A stretch of DNA of 64,000 nt from an uncultured Candidatus Saccharibacteria bacterium (GCA_964478135.1 CAYZGQ010000001.1:3365-67364); one strand, 5' to 3'; positions 39,792-49,897 are shown, counted from the stretch's first letter. A program made the numbers and translations. The notes: a model not told the origin generated them from the letters alone.

Positions 39792-40028
39792 ATGAAAAAA
39801 AAGATCCATCCAACCTATCACCAGGCGAGCGTGAGGTGCGCCTGCGGCGCTAACTACACCGTTGGCTCAACCAAGACTAACATGAGTATTGAGGTTTGTA
39901 GCGCCTGTCATCCACTTTTTACAGGCGATGCTAAGTTTTTGGACACAGCCGGGAGGATTGATCGCTTTAAGGCGAGACTTAAACAGTTGTCCGAGGCCGA
40001 ACCTAAGACTGCAAAAAAGTTAAAGTAA
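39792..40028 (+). CDS. rpmE: ribosomal protein bL31 (Zn-binding type A)
   Basis: MKKKIHPTYH...CACG...CSACHPLFTG carries the CxxC...CxxC zinc ribbon of L31. Confidence 0.85.
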   Translation: MKKKIHPTYHQASVRCACGANYTVGSTKTNMSIEVCSACHPLFTGDAKFLDTAGRIDRFKARLKQLSEAEPKTAKKLK

Positions 40029-40068
40029 CTAAAGCCTTTTTGCTAATTTCAACCCAATAACTGGATAT

Positions 40069-40959
40069 ATGGCTACCAAGATTATTAAAGTAAAAGCGGT
40101 CAAGTCAGCCCAAACAACTACCGGTCGCCAGAAGACCGAAAGCCATCTTATGGGTAAGACGAGCAAGGCCAAGGAGCCTTCAAAGATAGCCCTGCCAAGT
40201 GTTGAGAAACTATTTGAACTGGGCGCCCATTTTGGTCATCAGCGCTACCGATCTCATCCTGATTTTCAGGAATACGTCTGGCAAGTGCGCGATGGAGTTA
40301 TGATTTTGGATTTAAGCCAAACGCTTGACCGGCTCAAACTGGCGCTTGATTTTTTGGACAAGCAGAGTCGACTTGGCAAAAAAATACTAATTGTTGGGAC
40401 CAAGAGAATCAGTCGTGATTTGGTCGAGCGCTTGGGTAAAGAAACAAACACAGCTTGGGTCTCAAACCGGTGGTTGTCTGGTACTTTGACTAACTTTGCC
40501 ACTCTGATTGGACAAATCAAAAAACTCAATCGTTTAAGCGAGTTGATCGGCTCGAAAGAGTTTGAGCAGATGACTAAAAAGGAACGTTTAATCTGGGAGC
40601 GAAAACTGGCCAGGCTCCACGACAACTTTGACGGTTTGAGCAGTCTTGAGGCAAGACCGGATATATTAGTGGTGATTGACGGACACGCTCACCGGATTAG
40701 CACAGATGAAGCCAAACGTTTGGGGATCACCACGGTCGTGTTCGCCGACAGCGACACTGATCCTAGCCTGTGCGATTACTTGGTCCCGATTAACGATGAT
40801 TCACGATCAACGATCGAGCTGGTGATTAATTTAATCGGTCAAGCGATCGGCGGTGCCAGAACATCTGATCAGACAACAAAGCCGGACAGTCTAGTAAAAA
40901 GTGACAGAGCCAGAGCGCGCGGTTTAAGTAAAATCAATAATGTCCAAGACGTTAGTTGA
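40069..40959 (+). CDS. rpsB: ribosomal protein uS2
   Basis: LFELGAHFGHQ, VILDL-type and conserved S2 core. The N-terminal roughly 27-aa extension is uncertain, and an alternative start near 40150 is possible. Confidence 0.85.
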   Translation: MATKIIKVKAVKSAQTTTGRQKTESHLMGKTSKAKEPSKIALPSVEKLFELGAHFGHQRYRSHPDFQEYVWQVRDGVMILDLSQTLDRLKLALDFLDKQSRLGKKILIVGTKRISRDLVERLGKETNTAWVSNRWLSGTLTNFATLIGQIKKLNRLSELIGSKEFEQMTKKERLIWERKLARLHDNFDGLSSLEARPDILVVIDGHAHRISTDEAKRLGITTVVFADSDTDPSLCDYLVPINDDSRSTIELVINLIGQAIGGARTSDQTTKPDSLVKSDRARARGLSKINNVQDVS

Positions 40960-41404
40960 GACGATCAAAAAGCTCCGGGATGAAACAGGGGCCGGACTAA
41001 TGGATGTTAAAAAGGCGCTCACTCAAGCTGGTTCGGATCTCAACAAGGCGAGAGTGATTCTGCGTCAGACAAGCGCTGTCAAAGCGGTTCAAAAGAGTGA
41101 ACGCTCGACCCAAGCCGGCTTGATCGAATCATACGTCCACGCCGGCAAAATCGGGGTGCTGGTTGAGCTGGGTTGTCAGACCGATTTTGTGGCGCGCACG
41201 AGTGAGTTCAAGGCGCTAGCCCATGAACTAGCCCTGCAAGTGGCCTCAATGGCCCCTAAAAACGTGACCGAGCTGTTTAGCCAAAACTACATCAAAGACG
41301 AGTCAACCACGATCAAGCAGATTGTGAATAACGCGATCGCGAAACTGGGCGAAAATATTCAAATTAAGCGTTTTGTAAGGTTTGAACTTGGTCAGGGCGA
41401 CTGA
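40940..41404 (+). CDS. tsf: elongation factor Ts (short form)
   Basis: N-terminal UBA-like LRxxTGAGxMDCKKAL signature (IKKLRDETGAGLMDVKKAL). Follows rpsB as in the conserved rpsB-tsf pair. Confidence 0.85.
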   Translation: MSKTLVETIKKLRDETGAGLMDVKKALTQAGSDLNKARVILRQTSAVKAVQKSERSTQAGLIESYVHAGKIGVLVELGCQTDFVARTSEFKALAHELALQVASMAPKNVTELFSQNYIKDESTTIKQIVNNAIAKLGENIQIKRFVRFELGQGD

Positions 41405-41575
41405 CCATTCTTCAAACTGTAATGTCTCAACCGATTAGTTGCTCTTGACAAGGCTGGTTTATGTCTTGACAATGTAAGTAAGACACAAACCGAAGGAGGG
41501 GAAATTAATTCAAGACAGAATGAGACTTGGGGGTTTAGTCTAGGAGAGTCTCTTGCGAAGCCCTTTATATGGCTA

Positions 41576-44500
41576 GTGCTGGGTGTTTTAGCCCTGCTCG
41601 GTCTGGTTTTAGTCAGTCCTTCGGCCGTCCAGGCCGGTGCAATCACCGGTTTGTCGGTTACAGTCAGTGACACGAGCGTCCAAGGGACGGCTGACTGGAC
41701 AATTGCCCTGACTCCAGAACAGTCAGTCCCAGCCAAGTCAAATGGCGGTCGGATTCACATGTGTGTCTATGGACCAGGCTCGATGAGTTTTCGGGATGGT
41801 TCTGTCGCGCTCGATTCGTCGGCTAGCACGAGCGGTTTGTCAATCTATGAACGGTTGGGAAATTGTATCACCCTTCAGTCAAACAGCGAGATCGCAGGAG
41901 GAACGGTTATCACTGCCAAACTGACAGGGGTTAGAAACCCAGACAAAGCCGGACGGTATGTTGGTCACATCTACAGCTCGACCTACGGCACCGCCCGAGA
42001 CGGCACCTCTCGCTGGGGCGGGCTCTACAATAGTTCTTTTACCATCGGCGATTTGACCAAGAACACTATTTCAGGTACGGTCACAGATGCCAATGGCGCA
42101 CCGGTCCGGTTTGCCTCCGTCTCTGTTTGGGGTAGCGGCGGCGGCGCTTGGGGCTACAGCTACACCGATCAAAATGGCCAGTACGCGATCGGCAGTCTAA
42201 CCACTGGCTCCTACAACTTTAGCGTCTACGGTCCCTACAACGAAGACGGTATCTTTTATTTTGCGCCTGATGTTTCGAGTATTTCAATTTCCGATACTTC
42301 GGCCACGACCAAAAACGCCAGCTTTTTAGCGACTCCCAAAACATTGCAAATTAAGGTTGAGGACGGCTCTGGTACAGCCATAACCGATGCCTATGTCTCG
42401 ATCTGGTCCAGAAACGGGAATGGTTGGGCTCAAACCAAAAACAACACCAACGGAGTCTACAAGATTAATGTTCCGAAAAACCGGACTTTTGGGTTTAGCG
42501 TTTATCCCCAAAATTGGCCTTCAACCTGGCAGTCATGCGGCAGTTATAACGAAGAAGTTACGACCGCCAACACCGATACGGCCGAGACTGTCAGTAAGAC
42601 GTTTAAGGTTTCCTCGCTCAACGCCACGGTCAAAGGTAAGATTGAGCGGTCTGACGATAGCACGCCCAAGCGCTGGTCAGTGAGCGTGAGTTTCCAGTCA
42701 AGCGGAGGTTGCTGGGCTTCAGCCGACTTTCCCGACGACACTGGTAATTTCAGCGCTAAAGTTGTCAGTGGCGAGACTATCACCGCGACTGGTTGGGTTT
42801 CGAGTGATCTCAACGAATCATTCCCAACGGTCAGTAACTTTTCGGTCCAAGCCAACCAAGAGCACAACCTGGGCGTAATCAAACTTAAAAAGCGTGATAA
42901 AAAGCTCGCTGTGACGGTTGTGGACAAAAATGGCGATCCGGTTAACAAGGCCAACGTCTACGCTTGGAAAACTGGCGGTTCGTATGAATATGCCAACGGC
43001 ACAACTGGCTCCGATGGCAATGCGGAACTCTTTTTGAGTCCAGGCAGCTGGAATGTTTCGGCCGGGCCAGAGTACCGCTGGAATGGCTCAAACAACGAAT
43101 ATGACTATGTCTCCAACTGGAAGTCTCAATTGATCAGCTTTTCCGAGTCAGACACGACTAAAACGATCAAGTTTATCTTCCAAAAGGTTACCTCAACGAT
43201 TAATGTCACCGTGACCGATGAGGCTGGGAGCGTCCTTAACCTATCGGGTAGTTTGTCGGCCAACGATGGTTCGCAAGAATGGTCAAATATCTGGTCCCAG
43301 CTCAATAGTGGCAAAGGCAAGCTTAGGGTTCCCCGAGGGACCTGGAGTGTTAACGCCAGTATTTGGGATGAGACCTATAGCTCACCAAATCCGGTTGACA
43401 TCACGATCGGTGATAATGAGACCAAAGAGATCAAGCCCAAGGCCTTGATCAATGATTCGACCATTTCCGGCAAAATCTACACAGAAGATGAAGATGGTAA
43501 CCGGACCCTGCTTAAAAACACTTGGCTTAGCATCTATGCTAACAAAAAAAATTCCTACTCTTCTTGGCGGTCAGCCTCGGTCAACCAAGAAGAAGGAACC
43601 TATTCGATCAAAGTTTCCTCGGGTGACTGGAGGCTCGGTTACTGGTTTTATAACAACAATTATATGTCAGGATACGGGAACGAAGTTGATGTATCGGTTA
43701 AATCAGGTGAAACTAAGACCCAAGATATTATTCTGCGCAAAGCTAACTACACCATCTCGGTCAAGGCGCTCGATCCAGACGGCAAGGCGCTGATGGGGGC
43801 TTGGATCACGGCTGACACGCGCAATCCTAAAGAGCGGACCGAAGCTGGTACTTGGTACTCAACCGGTACCTCAACCAATAATCAGGGAGAGGGGACGATT
43901 CAAGTGTCAGCCAACACTTACTGGATTAGTGGTTCGATGTGGTCAGGTTATATCAGTCCAGAGCGCCAAGAGGTTAAGGTCAATAAAGACAATCCAACTG
44001 CCAGTGTCACTCTCCAGTTCGGTCGGTCTGATGCGACTATATCTGGCACAGTCAAGCTCGATGACAAAGGGACTAAGTCGTTTGTTAATGCGGTCAGCGA
44101 GAAAGGCCGCTATGCCGAGACTAATTCAAGTAACGAAGGCCATTACATCCTCAACGTCTCGAAAGACGACACTTGGGTCGTCAAGGCAGTTAAAAAGGAT
44201 GGCGCAACTTTGTATCGATCAGACAAGAATCGAGTTGATCTCACTGGTAAGACCACGGGCATAGTCAATCTCGATTTGGTAAAAGAAACAATCAAGTTGC
44301 CGGAGGGGACGACCAGCACCTTTAATGCCAGCCAGTCAACTACCGTTAAGATTAAAAATGGCAATGTTGACGAAGTGATCATCACTGTTCCGACTGGCAC
44401 CCTGTCGAGCGATAATGAACAGATAACTGTAACGGCCGATGTGACCGAAGAGGTCACCGACACTTCAACTAGCGAGCCTGTTTTCGACTACGGTTATGAC

Positions 44501-45193
44501 ATCAACGCCAACGGTAGCCAATCCGGCACAATCAGCCAGTTGAAGGATAACGTGACCGTGACCGTAAACTATTCGGCCAACGAGCAGGCGATCCAAGATG
44601 AGGGAACAGAAGAGGACCTAGTGGTAGCCCGTTTCAACAACGAGAAAGGTGAATGGGAGCAACTCCAAGGTTGCGCTACAAACAAGGATGACAACACTAT
44701 TACCTGTCAAAATAATCACTTCACCAAGTTTGCGGTTGTCGCTTCAACCGACATCACCCCACCTTCTGCTCCAGGTAGCCAGAAGGCGATTGCTTCGAAC
44801 GCTAAGATTTCTTTAAGCTGGAGCAAGCCAAGCCAGGCCGACTTTGCCGGGGTTAACATCTATCGGTCAACCGAGAGTGGCAAGCTGGGTGATAAGATTT
44901 ACGGCAAAAATACCTCCACCAGTCACGACGATACGGTTCTGATCAACGACACGGTCTATTACTATACCCTCAAGTCAGTTGACAAAGCCGGTAACGAGTC
45001 AACCGCATCCGATCAGCTCAAAGCCAAGCCTTCAGCAACCTCGCCGGAGTCATCGGACGGTTCAACCACTGCCACGCTCTCAATTCTGCCCAAGACTGGT
45101 CAACCAGCCTCGCCTTTGAATTGGTTGTTGGCGATTCTGACAGTGATCAGCCTGGCCGGGGTCAGGGCATCGAGGATTGTCCGGATTAAGTGA
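41576..45193 (+). CDS. LPKTG-anchored giant surface protein (1205 aa), paralog of 35272-38598
   Basis: N-terminal signal peptide. Repeated carboxypeptidase-regulatory-like beta-sandwich motifs (SGTVTDANGAPV). C-terminal FN3 (TVYYYTLKSVDKAGNES). LPKTG, a TM segment and a basic tail (RIVRIK). The GTG start is taken from the ORF track and the exact start is uncertain. Confidence 0.8.
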   Translation: MLGVLALLGLVLVSPSAVQAGAITGLSVTVSDTSVQGTADWTIALTPEQSVPAKSNGGRIHMCVYGPGSMSFRDGSVALDSSASTSGLSIYERLGNCITLQSNSEIAGGTVITAKLTGVRNPDKAGRYVGHIYSSTYGTARDGTSRWGGLYNSSFTIGDLTKNTISGTVTDANGAPVRFASVSVWGSGGGAWGYSYTDQNGQYAIGSLTTGSYNFSVYGPYNEDGIFYFAPDVSSISISDTSATTKNASFLATPKTLQIKVEDGSGTAITDAYVSIWSRNGNGWAQTKNNTNGVYKINVPKNRTFGFSVYPQNWPSTWQSCGSYNEEVTTANTDTAETVSKTFKVSSLNATVKGKIERSDDSTPKRWSVSVSFQSSGGCWASADFPDDTGNFSAKVVSGETITATGWVSSDLNESFPTVSNFSVQANQEHNLGVIKLKKRDKKLAVTVVDKNGDPVNKANVYAWKTGGSYEYANGTTGSDGNAELFLSPGSWNVSAGPEYRWNGSNNEYDYVSNWKSQLISFSESDTTKTIKFIFQKVTSTINVTVTDEAGSVLNLSGSLSANDGSQEWSNIWSQLNSGKGKLRVPRGTWSVNASIWDETYSSPNPVDITIGDNETKEIKPKALINDSTISGKIYTEDEDGNRTLLKNTWLSIYANKKNSYSSWRSASVNQEEGTYSIKVSSGDWRLGYWFYNNNYMSGYGNEVDVSVKSGETKTQDIILRKANYTISVKALDPDGKALMGAWITADTRNPKERTEAGTWYSTGTSTNNQGEGTIQVSANTYWISGSMWSGYISPERQEVKVNKDNPTASVTLQFGRSDATISGTVKLDDKGTKSFVNAVSEKGRYAETNSSNEGHYILNVSKDDTWVVKAVKKDGATLYRSDKNRVDLTGKTTGIVNLDLVKETIKLPEGTTSTFNASQSTTVKIKNGNVDEVIITVPTGTLSSDNEQITVTADVTEEVTDTSTSEPVFDYGYDINANGSQSGTISQLKDNVTVTVNYSANEQAIQDEGTEEDLVVARFNNEKGEWEQLQGCATNKDDNTITCQNNHFTKFAVVASTDITPPSAPGSQKAIASNAKISLSWSKPSQADFAGVNIYRSTESGKLGDKIYGKNTSTSHDDTVLINDTVYYYTLKSVDKAGNESTASDQLKAKPSATSPESSDGSTTATLSILPKTGQPASPLNWLLAILTVISLAGVRASRIVRIK

Positions 45194-45903
45194 AATATGC
45201 TTTAACGGCACATCTTTTATCCCGGGCGGGCAAAATAGATGAGCCTGATTTGATGATACTCATAACGGAAGCGGGATAATGGTGACCGTAAGCGATCGAT
45301 CAATCGCCGACCACTTACAGGCTGGCGTAAAGACATTGATTTAACCGACAAATCTCAAAAAAGCGGTTGGTTTTTTTTGTTTTGCTCGCGCTTTGTGAAT
45401 CTTAGACCAGGCAGGATCGAGGGTGAGGTATGGGCCCGAATAATTTAGGAGTCTGCTGGAAGGATCAGTCAATGTCTGATGAGCCCAGGCTGATCAAGGC
45501 CGGTTTTACCACCTGCTATTGACAATGGGCCTTAAAAAGTGTCTGGCTCCAGGTACCTTGGACTGGGTAGGGCCCGGCAGGCCCGACATTTGTCAAGACA
45601 AACAATCGCCACGATCAGCCTCGGATCTTGCGGATCTAGAATGCCTCGCGTCTAGCAGCCTGATATAAAACACCCCGAGAGACTTGACTAGTCAAGACCG
45701 TCAGATGACACTGGAGACCGTCTGGCCAAAGGCCGACCGGATGAGCGTCCAATAAGCGTGATATCGCAATAACTAAAAAATAGGTCAATTCAGTCTGGTG
45801 GTACCAGGCCGCGGATCAGGCTCTGACTGGTTCAAGATAAAAAATAAACGGGATGGGGCAATAATCAGCCATTGGGGTCGCCCAAAAGGCGATTTTTGAT
45901 CAA

Positions 45904-46446
45904 ATGATGGACCCAGTGGTAAGGGTGCTTGAAAAGAGTTATTCAGCCAGGCACAATTGTGTTATGATGACTGTCCTGGCGGCCGGGGTGTTTGATGTGA
46001 TACATCCTGGTCACATTTACTTTCTCGAGCAATCCAAGAAGCTGGGTGACCGCTTAGTGGTCGTTGTGACGTCTGACGAGACGGCCGAGACCCAAAAGAG
46101 ACACCCTTTTTTTAATGTTAAGCACCGGTTGTCTATCGTCCAATCACTTCGATCGGTTGATCTGGCGGTTATTGGGCAGGCAGGCGAGACCCTTAAAAGT
46201 GTGATTGATATTAAGCCAGACGTGATCGCGATCGGCCACGATCAATTCATTCAACCAATCGGTAGCAAAAGTTTAACAACTGGCATCGAGCCGGGCCGGA
46301 CAAGCGTTCAGCCCCAAGACCACGGGCTAGCCCAACTGGGCCGCGATTTGGCAAAATTGGGTTGGCGAGGTAAAATTGTCCGTATAGACAAAATGCCTGG
46401 GATTAGAGTTTCATCGAGTCGAATTAAGAAGTTACTTAGACGCTGA
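45904..46446 (+). CDS. HxGH-motif nucleotidyltransferase (cytidylyl/adenylyltransferase-like Rossmann fold)
   Basis: AAGVFDVIHPGHIYFLEQSKKLGDRLVVVV matches the (T/H)xGH nucleotidyltransferase signature of TagD, CoaD and FMN adenylyltransferase relatives. The start may be the internal Met at 45964. Confidence 0.55.
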   Translation: MMDPVVRVLEKSYSARHNCVMMTVLAAGVFDVIHPGHIYFLEQSKKLGDRLVVVVTSDETAETQKRHPFFNVKHRLSIVQSLRSVDLAVIGQAGETLKSVIDIKPDVIAIGHDQFIQPIGSKSLTTGIEPGRTSVQPQDHGLAQLGRDLAKLGWRGKIVRIDKMPGIRVSSSRIKKLLRR

Positions 46447-46487
46447 CGTTAACTCGTTTTTTCTATTAGCTAGTTTCCACCAAAACA

Positions 46488-47045
46488 ATGCTTGATCAAA
46501 TCATCAAACAAACTCGAGACAAAATGGAACAGGTCCTAGCCCAGATGAGCCAGGATTTTAGCCAGTTGCGCACCGGCAAGGCCTCGGCCGTCTTAGTCGA
46601 GTCGATTATTGTTGACCAGTACGGGGCCAAACTGCCGATTAAGCAACTGGCCACAATTACCGTTCCAGATGTCAATTTAATCGTGATCACGCCTTGGGAT
46701 AAGGGGTCTTTGGTTCAGATCGAGGCGGCGATTGATCAGTCAAACCTTGGCCTCAACTCGGTTAATGACGGATCTTCTATCCGTTTGAACTTGCCGCCGA
46801 TGTCAGCCGAGCGCCGAGCTCAAATAGCTAGGCTGGTCCTGACAAGAGCCGAAGAGGCCCGAGTGGCCCTTAGAGAACTCCGTCAATCAGCCTGGTCCCA
46901 GGTTCAAAAAAATGAAAAGTTGGGTCAGTTAACCCAAGACGATCGTTACCGAGGCGAAGAGATGCTTAATAAGTTGATTGCCGAGTTTAACGACGAGGTT
47001 AAAAAGAGTGCTCAATCAAAGGAGCAAGAAATTAGTTCGGTCTAA
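46488..47045 (+). CDS. frr: ribosome recycling factor
   Basis: 185 aa. Conserved RRF core (LRTGKAS, ITVPD, LNLPPMSAERR). Confidence 0.9.
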   Translation: MLDQIIKQTRDKMEQVLAQMSQDFSQLRTGKASAVLVESIIVDQYGAKLPIKQLATITVPDVNLIVITPWDKGSLVQIEAAIDQSNLGLNSVNDGSSIRLNLPPMSAERRAQIARLVLTRAEEARVALRELRQSAWSQVQKNEKLGQLTQDDRYRGEEMLNKLIAEFNDEVKKSAQSKEQEISSV

Positions 47046-47095
47046 CAAACAGTTTTGTTTGACTAGAATTACAATTTATTATTTTTAATCAAACT

Positions 47096-48154
47096 ATGGT
47101 TCTAATCACAGTTGTCGCCCTGATTTTAATCCTTGGAGTGATTATTTTCGTCCACGAGTTAGGGCATTTTTTGACCGCCCGCTTATTCGGTTTTAAAGTT
47201 GATGAGTTCGCCTTTGGCTTTGGCCCAAGGATATTTAAAAGACAATCTAAGCAAACTCTTTTCAGCGTTAACGCTTTTCCGCTGGGAGGCTATGTTAAGC
47301 TCCATGGCGAGGGTCAGGCTCTTGATGATTCTGATTCATTTGAGACAAAACCGATCTTACATAGAGCGGCGGTTGTCTTAGCGGGCGTGGCGATGAACTT
47401 GATTTTAGCTTGGTTGGTATTGAGTTTTTGGTACTTATTGGTGATTGTTCAGCCGCCCGACAACTCGGTGATTGTCGGTCGGGTTATTGCCGGTGGTTCA
47501 GCCCAGGCGGCTGGAATTCAAGCCGGTGATTTGCTCGTCCAGGGTGACTCGGTCAGATTTGAGCACGCCCGGGCGGTGGCCGAGTTTACTCGATCTCATA
47601 CCGGACAAACTGTCGAACTGGTGGTGCGGCGATTTGGCAAGGATGTTGTCAAGAGAGTCAAGCTAGGTGATGATCCAACCGCTCCACTTGGACTAGCCCC
47701 GATTGACTTAGTTGATCTTCCGGAAGGCTTAGAGGTTGGTCGTTCATCCCTGTATGCCCTTCAAGAAGTAACTTTAGTTATCAAAGCCAACAGTCAGTTT
47801 ATTGGTCAGCTTGTGACCGGTATTTTTAGCCGGGCTCCGGCCCCTGTAGGCGAGGTGGCTGGTCCGGTCGGGATTTATGGTTACTTGTCTCAAATGGTTT
47901 CGATTGGCCCGATTTTTGTGCTCCGTTTTAGCGCAATCTTGTCGCTAGTGGTGGCTTTTTTCAACATTTTGCCCATTCCAGCCCTTGACGGCGGGCGGCT
48001 ATTTTTTATCTTGATTGAGGGTCTAGCCGGCCGGAAATTAGTCCGCCAGCAGATCGAGCAGGCGGTCCACGCAGTTGGTTTTGTCTTTCTGGTCGGTCTG
48101 ATCCTTTTAGTAACGTATCAAGATATCGCAAAGCTGATTGGCAGTCGGCTCTAA
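47096..48154 (+). CDS. rseP: RseP-like site-2 protease (M50 zinc metalloprotease with PDZ)
   Basis: HELGH in TM1, a PDZ segment, and a C-terminal LDGG motif (NILPIPALDGGR). Confidence 0.85.
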   Translation: MVLITVVALILILGVIIFVHELGHFLTARLFGFKVDEFAFGFGPRIFKRQSKQTLFSVNAFPLGGYVKLHGEGQALDDSDSFETKPILHRAAVVLAGVAMNLILAWLVLSFWYLLVIVQPPDNSVIVGRVIAGGSAQAAGIQAGDLLVQGDSVRFEHARAVAEFTRSHTGQTVELVVRRFGKDVVKRVKLGDDPTAPLGLAPIDLVDLPEGLEVGRSSLYALQEVTLVIKANSQFIGQLVTGIFSRAPAPVGEVAGPVGIYGYLSQMVSIGPIFVLRFSAILSLVVAFFNILPIPALDGGRLFFILIEGLAGRKLVRQQIEQAVHAVGFVFLVGLILLVTYQDIAKLIGSRL

Positions 48155-48268
48155 CCGACTTAAGCTAAAAGTCAAGGTCCAAAATGAAAAATAACGCTCA
48201 AAAACGTCAGCCCTTTTTGATTTTTAAGTTGCAGTTTTGCTCTTTTCGCTTTACTCTTTGAACAGAGT

Positions 48269-49528
48269 ATGCGTTTCAGCCAGCTTATAACTAAAACCTT
48301 GCGGGATGAACCCAAGGATGAGCAATCGATCAGCGCGCGATTGCTCATCCGGGCTGGTTTTATTCATAAAAACATGGCTGGGGTTCACTCGTTTTTGCCC
48401 CTTGGTTTGAGGGTTTTGCGCAAGATCGAGCAGATTATTCGCCAGGAAATGGACCGGATCGGAGCTCAAGAGGTTTTGCTCAACGCGCTCCAGTCAAAAG
48501 AGCTCTGGCTTAAAACCGGTCGTTGGCAGAGCGCCAACCAAGTAATGTACCAGTTTAAAGATCACTCGGGCAAAGAGCTTGGATTGGGCTGGACCCACGA
48601 AGAAGTGGTGGTTGACATTATGACTCACCACATTCAGTCCTACCACGATCTACCCAAAGCAATCTATCAGATTCAGACCAAGTTTCGCCACGAACCCCGA
48701 GCCAAGTCAGGCATTTTGCGAGGCCGTGAGTTTGGCATGAAAGATCTTTATTCGTTTCACCTCGATGGTGACGATTTGGATCGCTACTACGACATAGTTA
48801 AGGATGCCTATCTCACGATTTTTAAGAGGGTTCATCTTGATAATGTTTGGTTGACCGAAGCCTCGGGCGGACAGTTTTCTAAACTCTCACACGAGTTTCA
48901 GGTTGTCTCTGGCAGTGGAGAGGATACGATTTATACTTGCGATGAGTGTCGGTTTGCTCGAAACGCCGAATTGATTGATCAGTCTGGTCTGCGCTGTCCA
49001 ATGGGTCATCCCTTGACCAAACAGCCGGCGATTGAGGTTGGCAACATCTTTAAGCTCGGATCTCGTTTTAGCCAGGCGGTCGGTCTTTTTGTGACCGATC
49101 AAAGTGGAGTCCGCCAGCCGGTTATTATGGCGTCATATGGGATAGGTACAGGTCGGCTGATGGGTGCGATTGTTGAGCTGTTTCACGATGATCGAGGAAT
49201 CGTCTGGCCAGCCCAGCTAGCACCCTATCAGATCCATTTGATTGATTTAAAAACCAGCAATCACCAGCAAGCAACACGGACTAAGGCTGAAACAATCTAT
49301 CGCAAGCTGACTGAACATGGTTTTACGGTCCTGTGGGATGACCGCGACCAAGTCTCACCGGGGGAAATGTTTAATGATGCTGACTTGATTGGTTCTCCTG
49401 TCCGCTTGGTTGTGGGCGGTAGAGTGTCAGACGGTCGGGTTGAACTCAAACAGCGAGTCCAAGAAGACGTGATACAGGTTATCGATCAGAATGTGGTTGA
49501 CCAATTGATCAAGATGGGGTATACTTAA
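48269..49528 (+). CDS. proS: proline--tRNA ligase, short form without editing insertion
   Basis: Class II motifs and the ProRS N-terminus (MRxSQLxxxTLRExP). 419 aa. Confidence 0.85.
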   Translation: MRFSQLITKTLRDEPKDEQSISARLLIRAGFIHKNMAGVHSFLPLGLRVLRKIEQIIRQEMDRIGAQEVLLNALQSKELWLKTGRWQSANQVMYQFKDHSGKELGLGWTHEEVVVDIMTHHIQSYHDLPKAIYQIQTKFRHEPRAKSGILRGREFGMKDLYSFHLDGDDLDRYYDIVKDAYLTIFKRVHLDNVWLTEASGGQFSKLSHEFQVVSGSGEDTIYTCDECRFARNAELIDQSGLRCPMGHPLTKQPAIEVGNIFKLGSRFSQAVGLFVTDQSGVRQPVIMASYGIGTGRLMGAIVELFHDDRGIVWPAQLAPYQIHLIDLKTSNHQQATRTKAETIYRKLTEHGFTVLWDDRDQVSPGEMFNDADLIGSPVRLVVGGRVSDGRVELKQRVQEDVIQVIDQNVVDQLIKMGYT

Positions 49529-49557
49529 ACTACTAACTAAATTTCCAAGGAGGTTCG

Positions 49558-49842
49558 ATGGACGATTCAATGAATCCCGTTGGCGGTGGTACGGGTGCCG
49601 GCGATACCGGTTCTACCGACACTGGCGCCGGGGCTGTTCCTAGTACGCCAAGCGGCGACACCAGTACGGGGGATGCAGATCAAACCCCTGCTTCTGGGGG
49701 GGGTAGCTCGGTCCCAACGCCCCCAGCTCCTTCTGGCGGCGATGGTGGTTGGACTCCTGCTGGGGCTGATACAGCTAGCATACCAGATGGTGATTCCGAT
49801 TATTCGGCCGACGCAGTTCCAACTCCACCCGCCGGTCAGTAA
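49558..49842 (+). CDS. small low-complexity Gly/Thr/Asp/Pro-rich acidic protein
   Basis: Strong SD (aaggaggttcgATG). 94 aa with no hydrophobic core. Followed by a terminator hairpin. Confidence 0.4.
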   Translation: MDDSMNPVGGGTGAGDTGSTDTGAGAVPSTPSGDTSTGDADQTPASGGGSSVPTPPAPSGGDGGWTPAGADTASIPDGDSDYSADAVPTPPAGQ

Positions 49843-49871
49843 CCCGAATTTGTCGCCAAACATCCAAAAAC

Positions 49872-49897
49872 AACCCCTTAAGGGGTCGTTTTTGGAT
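49872..49897 (+). terminator. rho-independent terminator
   Basis: aACCCCttaaGGGGTcgttttt, i.e. a GC stem, a 4-nt loop and a T-tract. Confidence 0.5.

Noticed and set aside
45194-45903. RNase P RNA, tmRNA or SRP RNA in the long intergenic region
   Set aside because: I could not find the universally conserved P4 strands, a tRNA-like T-arm with CCA, or the SRP domain IV motif on either strand. The region is kept only as an unassigned candidate ncRNA.
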